From NCBI GenBank assembly GCA_036267435.1, contig DATAWA010000259.1, positions 7,852 to 71,851 of the forward strand: a stretch of DNA of 64,000 nucleotides, given 5' to 3'. Position numbers and translations under genes: made by a program. The notes below the pieces were generated by a model. The model saw only the letters and a program-made list of their open reading frames with translations. It was not told the DNA's origin and searched no databases. This document shows positions 38,764 through 47,475 of the stretch, in pieces. Source of the stretch: Xanthobacteraceae bacterium (GTDB taxonomy: Bacteria > Pseudomonadota > Alphaproteobacteria > Rhizobiales > Xanthobacteraceae). The first letter of the stretch is position 1. Each line of letters begins with the position of its first letter.

Positions 38764-39084
38764 TCAGATCGGCATTTTCAGCACGTCCTCGTAGGCGGCG
38801 ATCACCTTGTCGCGCACCGAAACCAGCGTCTGAAACGCAGTTTCAGTCTCGGCGACCGCGGTGACGACGTCGACCATGTTGGCCTTGCCGGCGGCCACGG
38901 CTTGCGCCTGCGCGTCGGAATTCTTCGCCGCCGCCGATACGGCATCGATCACGTCTTTGAGGATCGAGCCGAAGTTCGGCCCCGAAGCTTCTGTCTTGCC
39001 TAAGCCGCCGGCGATGCCGGCGGTGTCGTCGCGCATCTTCGAAAGCGCGGCATAGGCGTTAGCGGCAATGGTTGGCGTCGCCAT
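38764..39084 (-). CDS. fliE: flagellar hook-basal body protein FliE
   Basis: The 106-aa protein has the C-terminal VRDKVIAAYEDVLKMPI typical of FliE. It follows flgC. Confidence 0.85.
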   Translation of the reverse strand: MATPTIAANAYAALSKMRDDTAGIAGGLGKTEASGPNFGSILKDVIDAVSAAAKNSDAQAQAVAAGKANMVDVVTAVAETETAFQTLVSVRDKVIAAYEDVLKMPI

Positions 39085-39086
39085 GG

Positions 39087-39500
39087 TCAGGCCTTGAGCA
39101 TATCGATGGTGAGCTGCATCATTTTGCGGGTCGCGGTAATGACGTTGAGGTTGGACTCATAGGACCGCTGTGCGTCGCGCAAATCGGTCATTTCCACGAG
39201 CGTATTGACGTTCGGATATTTGACGTTGCCTTGCGCATCGGCGGCCGGATTGCCCGGCTCGTGCCGGACCAGAAAATCCGACTTGTCGGGCTCCACTCTG
39301 CCGAGCCTGACCACGTCGGCGCCGACCGAGCGGTCGAGCTCGCTGGAGAAGGTGACGATCCTGCGCCGGTACGGATCGCCGCCGGGCGTCGTCGCCACCG
39401 AATCGACGTTGGCTATATTCTCGGTGATGACTTTCATGCGCCCCATCTGGGCCCGCAGCCCGGATGCGGCGATGTGCAGCGATTTCATGAAGTCCATCAT
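39087..39500 (-). CDS. flgC: flagellar basal-body rod protein FlgC
   Basis: SGLRAQMGRMKVITENIANVDS plus the C-terminal VNTLVEMTDLRDAQRSYESN are FlgC motifs. Confidence 0.9.
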   Translation of the reverse strand: MMDFMKSLHIAASGLRAQMGRMKVITENIANVDSVATTPGGDPYRRRIVTFSSELDRSVGADVVRLGRVEPDKSDFLVRHEPGNPAADAQGNVKYPNVNTLVEMTDLRDAQRSYESNLNVITATRKMMQLTIDMLKA

Positions 39501-39542
39501 ATCAGTGCTCCGTCATCGCCAAGGGCGTTGCGCCGCCCCATT

Positions 39543-39929
39543 TCACTCTTTGACCGCGAGCTTGATGAGGTTGAGACTGTGCGTGTACATCTCGGTCGCA
39601 GCCTCGTAATCCATCTGGTTGGTCGCCACGTTCATCATTTCGTCTTCGTGGCTGACCGAATTGCCGCGCGGCCGGATTTCATAACCGGCGCCTTTGCTGG
39701 CGAATTGGGAATCGGCGGCCGTCGATGCGATATGCTCGGGACTGGTGCGCTCGAGCGACAGCGAAGCGGCCGACAATTGCCGCGAGAAATCGAGCGGCGC
39801 GAGATCCTTGGCCTGATAGTCCGGCGTGTCGGCATTGGCGACGTTCTCGGCCAGCACTTCCTGGCGCGCCTGCTGCCATTGCATGCGTTCGCGCAGCATG
39901 TTGAGAATCGGAATATCGGTGATCGGCAT
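39543..39929 (-). CDS. flgB: flagellar basal-body rod protein FlgB
   Basis: QEVLAENVANADTPDYQAKDL is the rod N-terminal motif. It was trimmed to MPITD, preceded by ggaacggggg. Confidence 0.85.
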   Translation of the reverse strand: MPITDIPILNMLRERMQWQQARQEVLAENVANADTPDYQAKDLAPLDFSRQLSAASLSLERTSPEHIASTAADSQFASKGAGYEIRPRGNSVSHEDEMMNVATNQMDYEAATEMYTHSLNLIKLAVKE

Positions 39930-40013
39930 TTGCGGCCCCCGTTCCAGCCTGTTGACGTTGAGCAAGTCCTCAAGATCGCTCTCGGCGACCGGCAGACTTT
40001 GCCGGGATCATGG

Positions 40014-40028
40014 TTAATGCGCAGTTAA
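40014..40028. promoter_or_regulatory. CtrA-box-like site TTAA-N7-TTAA in the flgB / fliO divergent region
   Basis: TTAAtgcgcagTTAA is an exact match to the CtrA consensus core TTAA-N7-TTAA. It lies 85 nt from the flgB start and 188 nt from the fliO start. Confidence 0.5.
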
Positions 40029-40215
40029 GGTCCCGCTTCGGCCGCTTTTGCCATTAATCCGCCGTTTACCATGAGAATGCTTAAGGCATCGGCTTAGGCG
40101 GGAAAATCTGCTAGGATTTTTAATCCTTTATTAGTAATCACGGCGGCAAATGCTACCCGCGCCGTTAACCTTTGCAGGCTGACAGCGCCGCCCTATGCGA
40201 ACGGGAGTTGTGCGG

Positions 40216-41358
40216 ATGTTTGACACGTTGTTCGGGGCGGAGATGCCGCTCGCCGTACGCTTCTTTCTCGCCTTCCTGATCGTGCTCGGCCTCATCGGCG
40301 TCACCGCGTGGGTGGTGCGCCGATTCGGCGCCGGCCGGCTTGGCAGCGGCACCGCGCGCGGCCGGCAGCCGCGTCTTGCCGTGATCGATTATGCCAGCGT
40401 CGATGGCCGCCGCCGGCTCATTCTGGTGCGGCGCGACAATGTCGAGCATTTGCTGATGATCGGCGGTCCGTCCGACATCGTAGTCGAACCCAATATCGTG
40501 CGCGCGGTTGCCTCCCCGCGCGATGCCGCGCGGCCGCCCGTCGGTATCGAAGCCTTGCCGCGCGCGATCCCGCTGCCCGATGCGGGCAACGGCCCTGGTA
40601 ACAATCCGGGCGCCGGATGGCCGCTGCAGCCGGAGCCGACCGCCGGGGCGCGGCCCGCGCCGCGATTCGAGCCGCTGCCGGACGAAGCGCCGCGGCCGGA
40701 ACCGCCGCGCCCTGAGTTGCCGCGGCACGAACTGCCGCGCCCGTTGTCGTCGCTCGCCGAGCCGCCGGCGCGCCCGCAACGCGATACGCTCGCCGCACTC
40801 GCCGACGAACTCTCCTCGCGCCCGCCGCTGCCGCCGCGCCGTCCGGCGCTTGGCCGCCCCGCGCCGGAAGCGCAAGGGGAAGAGGAACCCGTAACGCAGC
40901 CGGAAGCCGAGTCCCAAGCGGAAGCGCCGCGGCCGGACATTTCGCGGCCGGAACCGCGCAAGCCGGCGCCGTCCATGGGTGCGTCAATGAGTGCGTCCAT
41001 AGCGGCTCCAATCCCCGCTCCGCCGCCGACGCCCGCGCCGCCGATTGCGCCCGCGGCCGAAGCCGGGACCGCACCCGATCAAAGCCTCGCCGACATGGCG
41101 CAGCGTTTGGAAGCGGCCTTGCGCAAACCGCTCGCCGAATCGCGTCCGCAAGCCGCCGCGCTCCGCCCGGCCGATGCCGAGCGCGCCGAACCCACGCCGC
41201 CGCCGATGCCTCCGCGCATGCCGCGGCCGGCTCTGCCCAAAGGTCGCCCTGAGGCCAAACCGGCGCAGCCCACCCCGCCGGCGTCCGGCAAGACCACCGT
41301 TTATGACAGCCTCGAACAGGAGATGGCGAGTTTGCTCGGCCGTCCGACCAAGACCTGA
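40216..41358 (+). CDS. fliO: FliO-like flagellar export protein with long Pro-rich C-terminal extension
   Basis: GGGAG lies 8 nt before the ATG at 40216. A TM segment is followed by RLAVIDYASVDGRRRLILVRRDNVEHLLMIGG, a FliO core. Its stop overlaps the fliP start. About 270 further residues are rich in P, R, E and A. Confidence 0.65.
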   Translation: MFDTLFGAEMPLAVRFFLAFLIVLGLIGVTAWVVRRFGAGRLGSGTARGRQPRLAVIDYASVDGRRRLILVRRDNVEHLLMIGGPSDIVVEPNIVRAVASPRDAARPPVGIEALPRAIPLPDAGNGPGNNPGAGWPLQPEPTAGARPAPRFEPLPDEAPRPEPPRPELPRHELPRPLSSLAEPPARPQRDTLAALADELSSRPPLPPRRPALGRPAPEAQGEEEPVTQPEAESQAEAPRPDISRPEPRKPAPSMGASMSASIAAPIPAPPPTPAPPIAPAAEAGTAPDQSLADMAQRLEAALRKPLAESRPQAAALRPADAERAEPTPPPMPPRMPRPALPKGRPEAKPAQPTPPASGKTTVYDSLEQEMASLLGRPTKT

Positions 41359-42128
41359 TGCTCGCACCATGGGGCCGCCGTGTTCGGTTCACAACCGTAG
41401 CGGCCTCTGTAGCGGCACTTTTGTTCTCGGCGACGCCGCTCGCCGCGCAGGACATCAGCATTAATTTCGGTCAGAACGCCGCCGCCGGCGGCGGCGGATT
41501 GAACGAGCGCATCATTCAGTTGATCGCCCTGATGACGGTGCTGTCGCTGGCGCCGTCGATTCTCGTGATGATGACCTCGTTCACGCGCATCGTGGTGGTG
41601 CTGTCGCTGCTGCGCACCGCGCTCGGCACCGCCACCGCGCCGCCGAACTCGGTGGTCATCTCGCTTGCTCTGTTCCTCACCGCCTTCGTGATGGGGCCGG
41701 TCTTCACCAATGTCTACAATACCGGCGTCAAGCCCTTGGTCGACAACCAGATCACCGTCGATCAGGCGTTCGAGCGCGGCGCCATGCCGTTGCGCGCCTT
41801 CATGGAAAAGAACGTCCGCGAAAAGGATTTGCAGTTGTTCCAGGACTTGTCGGGCGACAAGCCGCCGGACACCCCGCAAGACCTGTCGATGCGCATTCTG
41901 GTTCCCGCTTTCATGATCTCCGAACTCAAGCGCGCCTTCGAGATCGGCTTTCTGTTGTTCCTGCCGTTTCTCATCATCGATCTCGTCGTCGCCTCGGTGC
42001 TGATGTCGATGGGCATGATGATGCTGCCGCCGGTCGTGGTGTCGCTGCCGTTCAAGCTGATCTTTTTCGTCCTGGTCGACGGCTGGACCCTAGTCGCCGG
42101 CTCGCTGATCCAGAGCTACGGCAGCTGA
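41358..42128 (+). CDS. fliP: flagellar export protein FliP
   Basis: A signal peptide is followed by LLSLAPSILVMMTSFTRIVVVLSLLRTALG...FLPFLIIDLVVASVLMSMGMMM, the FliP signatures. Confidence 0.9.
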   Translation: MLAPWGRRVRFTTVAASVAALLFSATPLAAQDISINFGQNAAAGGGGLNERIIQLIALMTVLSLAPSILVMMTSFTRIVVVLSLLRTALGTATAPPNSVVISLALFLTAFVMGPVFTNVYNTGVKPLVDNQITVDQAFERGAMPLRAFMEKNVREKDLQLFQDLSGDKPPDTPQDLSMRILVPAFMISELKRAFEIGFLLFLPFLIIDLVVASVLMSMGMMMLPPVVVSLPFKLIFFVLVDGWTLVAGSLIQSYGS

Positions 42129-42348
42129 CACCGTCTTCGGCGGATTCGCGCGCGCCTGCCGCTTCGCCCGCGTCCCGTCCTTGACCTCGATCAAAGCCGC
42201 AATCGCCGCTCCTGCTACGGCTGTGCCCACCTTTGGGCATGGCGTAAGCCTGGGCGTGGAATAGAGCCCACGCTCCGGGGTTCTACGCTCTCACGGCAAT
42301 GCTGGGGGCGGCGCATTTGCCGTGTCGGCGTTGGGTTGGGGGAATGGA

Positions 42349-42942
42349 ATGCAGGAATCCTACCGGCGGCATCTGAGCCACCTCACCTGGGATCAGGTCT
42401 ATGCCCGGCAGGTGCAGCGTAGCGTTCTGGTCAGCGATTGGATGGACGCCCTCAAGCTGAAAGCCGGCGATCAAGTTCTCGACGTCGGGCCGGGCCCCGG
42501 ATTCGTCAGCCTGCTCATGGCCGGCCGGGTCGGCTCCGAGGGCCTCGTCTACGCCGTCGATTCCTCCGCCGAGGCGCTGGCCTATTTGCAGCGGCTGCAG
42601 GACGAGCGCGGCATCGGCAATATCCGCACCGTCGCCGCCGACGCAGCGACCGTCGAACTGCCCGGCGCCACGGTCGATGCGGCGCTGATCGCGATGGTGC
42701 TGCACCATACCGACGACCCGGCCGCCATCCTGCGCAATGTCGCGCGGCTGACCAGGCCGGAGGGGTTGACGCTGATCGCCGAATTCGATGCCGACGGTCC
42801 TTGCGAACAAGGCCCGCCGCGCGAGCATCGGTTGACGCGGCAACAGGTGCGGGCCTGGTGCGAGGAAGCCGGCCTGACGCTGCGCGACGAGCGCGGCCAA
42901 AGTCCCGAGCACTATATGGTGCTGGCGCAACGCGCTCCCTAG
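42349..42942 (+). CDS. class I SAM-dependent methyltransferase
   Basis: VLDVGPGPGF is motif I, and the length is typical. The ATG at 42349 is preceded by tggggga. Confidence 0.8.
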   Translation: MQESYRRHLSHLTWDQVYARQVQRSVLVSDWMDALKLKAGDQVLDVGPGPGFVSLLMAGRVGSEGLVYAVDSSAEALAYLQRLQDERGIGNIRTVAADAATVELPGATVDAALIAMVLHHTDDPAAILRNVARLTRPEGLTLIAEFDADGPCEQGPPREHRLTRQQVRAWCEEAGLTLRDERGQSPEHYMVLAQRAP

Positions 42943-43040
42943 ACACGCTCCGATCGGGCTCTATCGGATCATGTCTAGGGTTTCTTGCCGGGGCATGATC
43001 TTTTCGGAAAACCGGTATCCACTTTTCCGGATCATGCCCT
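42938..43040. repeat. REP family A copy plus flanking 9-bp-stem hairpin
   Basis: ccctagaca...tgtctaggg forms a hairpin. It is followed by ggcatgatcttttcggaaaaccggtatccacttttccggatcatgcc. Confidence 0.8.
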
Positions 43041-43078
43041 AAATAACCAGAAGCTATGACGCGTTCGTCACGGAGAGA

Positions 43079-43294
43079 ATGCCGATGATTATTGTGGTCG
43101 TGATTCTGGTCTGCGTCCTGGTCTATTATTTCGCCCGCTCGTCGAGCGGTCAGGACCCCTGGGCGGCGCCGTGGAGCGACAGCACCCGCTCGGCGCTGCA
43201 AATCCTCAACGAGCGTTACGCCAAGGGCGAAATTCAGAAGGAAGAATACGAGGATCGCAAGGCGACGCTGTTGGCCGGCGCCCCGCGGCGCTGA
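43079..43294 (+). CDS. SHOCT domain small membrane protein
   Basis: An N-terminal TM segment is followed by LQILNERYAKGEIQKEEYEDRKATL, the SHOCT motif. Confidence 0.65.
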   Translation: MPMIIVVVILVCVLVYYFARSSSGQDPWAAPWSDSTRSALQILNERYAKGEIQKEEYEDRKATLLAGAPRR

Positions 43295-43317
43295 GAGGGC
43301 GCGTTGCCGCGGCGCAT

Positions 43318-44403
43318 TCAGCTTTGCATCGGATGGATGGCGTCAGGAGCGATCGTGACGCTAATGGCGTCGCCGATGGCAAGCACACGGGCTTGCGGCG
43401 TCAGCACATAGGCTTTGAGCGCAAAACCGCAGTCGATCGCTACGCTCACGAGCGGCCCTTGCGGCTGCAATCCGGTAACGGTGCCGTCGAGGCGATTGAG
43501 CTCCGGTCCGGCAGCGGCGCCGGCGATTGCCACCTCCTCGGCGCGGATGGCAAGCCGCACCGGCGTCCCGGCCGCGATTGCGGAAGATGCCGCCGCCCGG
43601 AGCGTCCGCGGTCCGACGGCAATGTTGGCCATGGCGCCGAGGCTCTCGGCCACGCGTCCGTCGAGAATGTTGTCGACGCCGACGAAACGCGCAATTGCGG
43701 AATCGGCCGGCCGCGCGAAAACCGCCGCCGCCGTTCCGGTCTGCACTATCCGGCCCTGACGCAGCACCACGATGCGATCGGCAAGCGTGTGCGCGTCGGC
43801 ACGGTCGTGGGTGACGAAGATCGCTGGAATGTTCAATTGGCGCAGGAACGACTTCAGCTCGCCGCGCAATTGCGTCCGGGTCTCGGTATCGAGCGCCGAG
43901 AATGGCTCGTCGAACAGAAACAATTCCGGCGCGCCGGCAAGCGCGCGGGCGAGTGCCACGCGCTGCTTTTCGCCTGGGCTCAGATCGGCCGGCAGCCGCC
44001 GCGCCAGATGCGCCACGCCGAAATAATGCAGAAGCGCGTTTGGCTCGCCGCCGCCCGGCAATGCTGCGCTGTGCCGGCCCGCCGGGCGACGGCGCCCGAG
44101 CGCCACATTTGCTTCGACGGTCAGATGAGGAAACAACCCGAAGCTTTGGACCACAAAGCCGATATTGCGCCGCTCCGGCGGCAGCGCGGTCACCTCGCGG
44201 CCGCCGATGCGCACGCGACCGCGGTCGGGACGATGAAAGCCGGCAATGGTCTCGAGCGTGACCGACTTGCCGGCGCCGTTCGGCCCCAGCACGACCAATA
44301 TCTCGCCGGCGCCGACCGCAAGATCGATCGCGTCGAGACGAAACGCGCCGAGCGTGAGCGTCAGCGCCTCGACGGCGACCGCCGCGTTCGGCGCCCCGCT
44401 CAT
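43318..44403 (-). CDS. ABC transporter ATP-binding protein with C-terminal TOBE-like domain (molybdate/tungstate/sulfate class)
   Basis: Walker A (GPNGAGKS), the signature (LSPGEKQRVALA), Walker B (LFLFDEPFSALD) and a roughly 120-aa C-terminal beta-rich domain are present. Confidence 0.85.
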   Translation of the reverse strand: MSGAPNAAVAVEALTLTLGAFRLDAIDLAVGAGEILVVLGPNGAGKSVTLETIAGFHRPDRGRVRIGGREVTALPPERRNIGFVVQSFGLFPHLTVEANVALGRRRPAGRHSAALPGGGEPNALLHYFGVAHLARRLPADLSPGEKQRVALARALAGAPELFLFDEPFSALDTETRTQLRGELKSFLRQLNIPAIFVTHDRADAHTLADRIVVLRQGRIVQTGTAAAVFARPADSAIARFVGVDNILDGRVAESLGAMANIAVGPRTLRAAASSAIAAGTPVRLAIRAEEVAIAGAAAGPELNRLDGTVTGLQPQGPLVSVAIDCGFALKAYVLTPQARVLAIGDAISVTIAPDAIHPMQS

Positions 44404-45251
44404 CGGTTTTCCCGCTCGGGAGCGCTTCGCGCCAGCGCGCGCAAGATCAGGAACAAAGCGAGCGAGACCGCGAGCAACAGCACCGCGGTGCCGGCGGCCT
44501 GATCGAGCCCGAAGCGCAGGAACAGTTCATAGATCATCACCGGCGCGGTCATCGGGTAATAAACCAGGATAACCACGGCACCGAACTCGCTGATCGATCG
44601 GGCGTAAGTCAGTGTCACGCCGGTCAAGACGCCGCGCCGGGCGAGCGGCAGCGTAATGCGCCAGAACGTCCGCCACGGACCTAGGCCAAGCGTGCGCGCG
44701 ATCTTCTCCAGCCGCGGGTCGACGGCCTCGAAGCCAATTCTTGCGGCATTGACCGTATAGGGCGCGGAGACGAACAGCATGGCCACGACGATGCCGCCGA
44801 GCGTGCCCCAAAATCGCAAACCCGTCAGCGCCTGCAGCGGCGCGCCGACGACGCCCTGGCGGCCGAACACCATGAGAAGCGCGATGCCGGCGACCGTGTG
44901 CGGCACCGCGAGCGGCAGATCGATCAGCGCCGCGACCACGCCCTTGCCGGGAAACTCCGTGCGCGCCAGCACGTAAGCGAGCGGCACGCCGATCACCGCC
45001 GCAAGCGTCGCCGACAGCAAGGCGCCTTCCAGGCTGAGCCCGATGGCCGCGCGCACATCGGCCATGCGCGCGATGCCGACGAAATTCGTCCAAGATTGCG
45101 ACAGCGTCAGCGCAATCAGCGGCACGGTAAAGAAGGCAACCAGGATGCTGCCGAGAAACCAGCAGACGAGATAAAGGCCGTACGGCCGGCTCGGGTCGCC
45201 GCCGCCCCCGCGCGCCTGCCGTGCCGCGTTCAACTCCAGACCCCCCATCAT
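44400..45251 (-). CDS. ABC transporter permease (CysT/ModB-like)
   Basis: It has six TM segments and an EAA-type loop (IARTLGLGPWRTFWRITLPLARRG). It overlaps the ATPase start by 4 nt. Confidence 0.85.
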   Translation of the reverse strand: MMGGLELNAARQARGGGGDPSRPYGLYLVCWFLGSILVAFFTVPLIALTLSQSWTNFVGIARMADVRAAIGLSLEGALLSATLAAVIGVPLAYVLARTEFPGKGVVAALIDLPLAVPHTVAGIALLMVFGRQGVVGAPLQALTGLRFWGTLGGIVVAMLFVSAPYTVNAARIGFEAVDPRLEKIARTLGLGPWRTFWRITLPLARRGVLTGVTLTYARSISEFGAVVILVYYPMTAPVMIYELFLRFGLDQAAGTAVLLLAVSLALFLILRALARSAPERENR

Positions 45252-45295
45252 GGGGTTGTTTTAAGCGAGCCGTCCCACAATGACGAGCCGGCCGA

Positions 45296-46276
45296 TCATG
45301 ATCCCGGCCACGGCCGCACCAGCTTTTGCAAATCCACCGGCATCGCCGCGACATTCTCCGCGTAGGCCGGATGGAAGTCGCCGAAGCCGTTATCCTTCAT
45401 CACCGCCTGGCCCGGCGGCGACAGCACCAGCGCGACATAGTTCTCCGCCAAGGCCGCATTCTGGCTGCCGTTGACCGTGGTGATGGCATAGACGATCGGG
45501 GTTGCGGTGAGATCGCCGTTCTTGGTGTGCGCGACCCCCTGCTTGTAGGAGGCCGCCTGTGCCGGCTCGCTCAGGTCGATCTTGGCCGGCAGATCGATGA
45601 ATTTGAGATGGCGCTGCAGCGCGTCGGACCGGTAGATCGCCAGATAGTCGATCTCGCCGAGTTGCAGCGCCGAGATCAGCGCGGTCTCGGTGTCACGCAT
45701 ATTCTTCTGCGGCGCGTTGGCGAGGATGCCCTGCTCCAGCCCCGGTGCGTTATAGAACTTCTCAGCGAGATCGAGCATTTGCACGGTCTGGTAGCCGGAC
45801 GGGTCGGTGTCGGGATTGGAGCGGCCGATCTCGACGCCCGGGCGCGCCAACACCTTGTACCAGTTGCCGGCGTCGATCTCGCCCGCGAACTTGCTCTTGT
45901 CGGTATAGACGAAGGTGATGGCATTGCGCGCAATGCCGGCATACCAGGACGCATGCGCCGGAGCAGCGAACATGTATTTGGGAATGACGTTGTAATCGGC
46001 GACCGCGAGGATATCGGCGTCCTGATGCAGCTCGGTGATCTGCTTGGCCATTTTAACGCTGCCGCCATATTGCGCCTGCACGGTGACGCCGGCGTTTTGG
46101 CTCTCGAACAGCGCGTTGATCGTTTTGAACGGCACGGCGAGCGTGCCGGCGGCAAACACGGTGAGCACGGCCGGTTCGGCCGCCTGCGCGGTCAACAGTG
46201 CGGGCAATGCGGCTGCAATCAAGCCGGCGGTGATCGAGCCGGCTGCCACCGGACGGAGCCATTGTGTCGGTCTCAT
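45296..46276 (-). CDS. periplasmic oxyanion-binding protein, WtpA-like (tungstate/molybdate class)
   Basis: GGGAG lies 6 nt before the ATG at 46276. A signal peptide is followed by FAAGTLAVPF...GGSVKMAKQI...DADILAVADY...IGRSNPDTDPSGYQ. This matches remembered WtpA-type motifs (AGSL, GS, sAD, DP-GYR). Confidence 0.7.
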   Translation of the reverse strand: MRPTQWLRPVAAGSITAGLIAAALPALLTAQAAEPAVLTVFAAGTLAVPFKTINALFESQNAGVTVQAQYGGSVKMAKQITELHQDADILAVADYNVIPKYMFAAPAHASWYAGIARNAITFVYTDKSKFAGEIDAGNWYKVLARPGVEIGRSNPDTDPSGYQTVQMLDLAEKFYNAPGLEQGILANAPQKNMRDTETALISALQLGEIDYLAIYRSDALQRHLKFIDLPAKIDLSEPAQAASYKQGVAHTKNGDLTATPIVYAITTVNGSQNAALAENYVALVLSPPGQAVMKDNGFGDFHPAYAENVAAMPVDLQKLVRPWPGS

Positions 46277-46473
46277 AGTCACTCCCTGCAAAAGTTCGGG
46301 CGCGTTCTATCATGGTTGCGACCCGCGTCGTCATGCGTCGCGTCGGCGCGCCAGCGAGTTTTGTCGTGGCCTCAGGCGAGCGGATTCACCGAAACGACCT
46401 GTGGCGGACAGTGGGACCTGATTGGGCTATCCTTGGCGGATGGCAGTCTCGTGTGGTCGAGGGATGATTGCGA

Positions 46474-47424
46474 ATGACGACTGTCGACATCATCCTTGTG
46501 GTCGTCGCGCTGGCCTTCGCCTGGAGCATGGGGGCCCATTACACCGGCGCCTGCATGGGCATGCCCTATGCCACGCGAAGCATCGGCCTGCCTGGCGCCT
46601 TGTGGACGATGGCGCCGCTCACGCTGATCGGCGCCGCCTTCCTCAGCCATAAGGTGCTGGTCAATGTCGGGCATAATATTCTCGCAGCCAACCGCGTCAG
46701 TGCGCCGCCCGCCATCGCCATCATTGCCGCGGCGTTCCTGCTCACGACGGTGTTCACGCAGCGGCGCATCCCATCCTCGACGATCCAAATCCTTGTTTTC
46801 TGCATCATCGGCACCGGCGCCGCCCTCGGCCTCGAGATTCGCTGGGACACGGTTGTTCGCCTCGCGGTCCTTTGGATGATCGCCCCGCTCATCGCCTTTG
46901 CGCTGGGCTATGTTTTCACCAAGCTGTTCGATGCAATCCCGGCCTTTGCCAACAGCGGAGTGACCGGCCACATCGGACGCGCTTTGGTCATCGTCGGCGG
47001 CGTGGCATCCGTAGCGATGGGCGCCAACGATGTGTCGAACGCAACGGCGGTGTTTCTGACCACCGGATTTTCCGGCCCGCTCTTGGCCGGGGTGATCGGC
47101 GGCGCGGGCCTTGCGGTCGGCGTGCTCACCTGGGGCCGACCGCTGCTCGAACGTGTCGCTTTCGATGTCGTCAAGCTCGACATGCCGATGGCGACAGCGG
47201 CGCAGCTCGTTCAGGCGCTGGTGGTGCTCACCGCGGTTGTCTTCGGCTACTTTACCTCGATGAACCAGGCGCTGATCGGCGCGATGGCCGGCACCGGCTT
47301 TGCCCGCGGCCGCGAGACGATCGACAACAAGGTCATATTCGGCATCCTGCGCGGCTGGATCATCGGCCCGGCCGCCGGAGCCGCATTGGGCTACGCCTTT
47401 GGACTGCTGACGCGGATTTTTTAG
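46474..47424 (+). CDS. PiT/PHO4 family anion permease (short form)
   Basis: It is polytopic, with a GANDVSNA motif in the second half and a degenerate counterpart (SMGAHYTGA) in the first half. The protein is 316 aa. Confidence 0.65.
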   Translation: MTTVDIILVVVALAFAWSMGAHYTGACMGMPYATRSIGLPGALWTMAPLTLIGAAFLSHKVLVNVGHNILAANRVSAPPAIAIIAAAFLLTTVFTQRRIPSSTIQILVFCIIGTGAALGLEIRWDTVVRLAVLWMIAPLIAFALGYVFTKLFDAIPAFANSGVTGHIGRALVIVGGVASVAMGANDVSNATAVFLTTGFSGPLLAGVIGGAGLAVGVLTWGRPLLERVAFDVVKLDMPMATAAQLVQALVVLTAVVFGYFTSMNQALIGAMAGTGFARGRETIDNKVIFGILRGWIIGPAAGAALGYAFGLLTRIF

Positions 47425-47475
47425 AACGCCGGATACGGCCGCGCGGGCCGCGACGGCGGTGGGGAAACGGAAACG

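Noticed and set aside
40165-41461. Several 200-350-aa minus-strand ORFs opposite fliO
   Set aside because: They are products of the CCG/CGC-rich proline-coding repeats and have extreme Arg/Ala/Gly composition. The plus strand has the FliO core and a stop overlapping the fliP start.
46277-46473. Possible Moco/oxyanion riboswitch in the divergent region between the Wtp-like binding protein and the PiT-like permease
   Set aside because: The region has some pairing potential. I cannot reproduce the Moco consensus from memory well enough to claim a match, so it needs a covariance-model scan.
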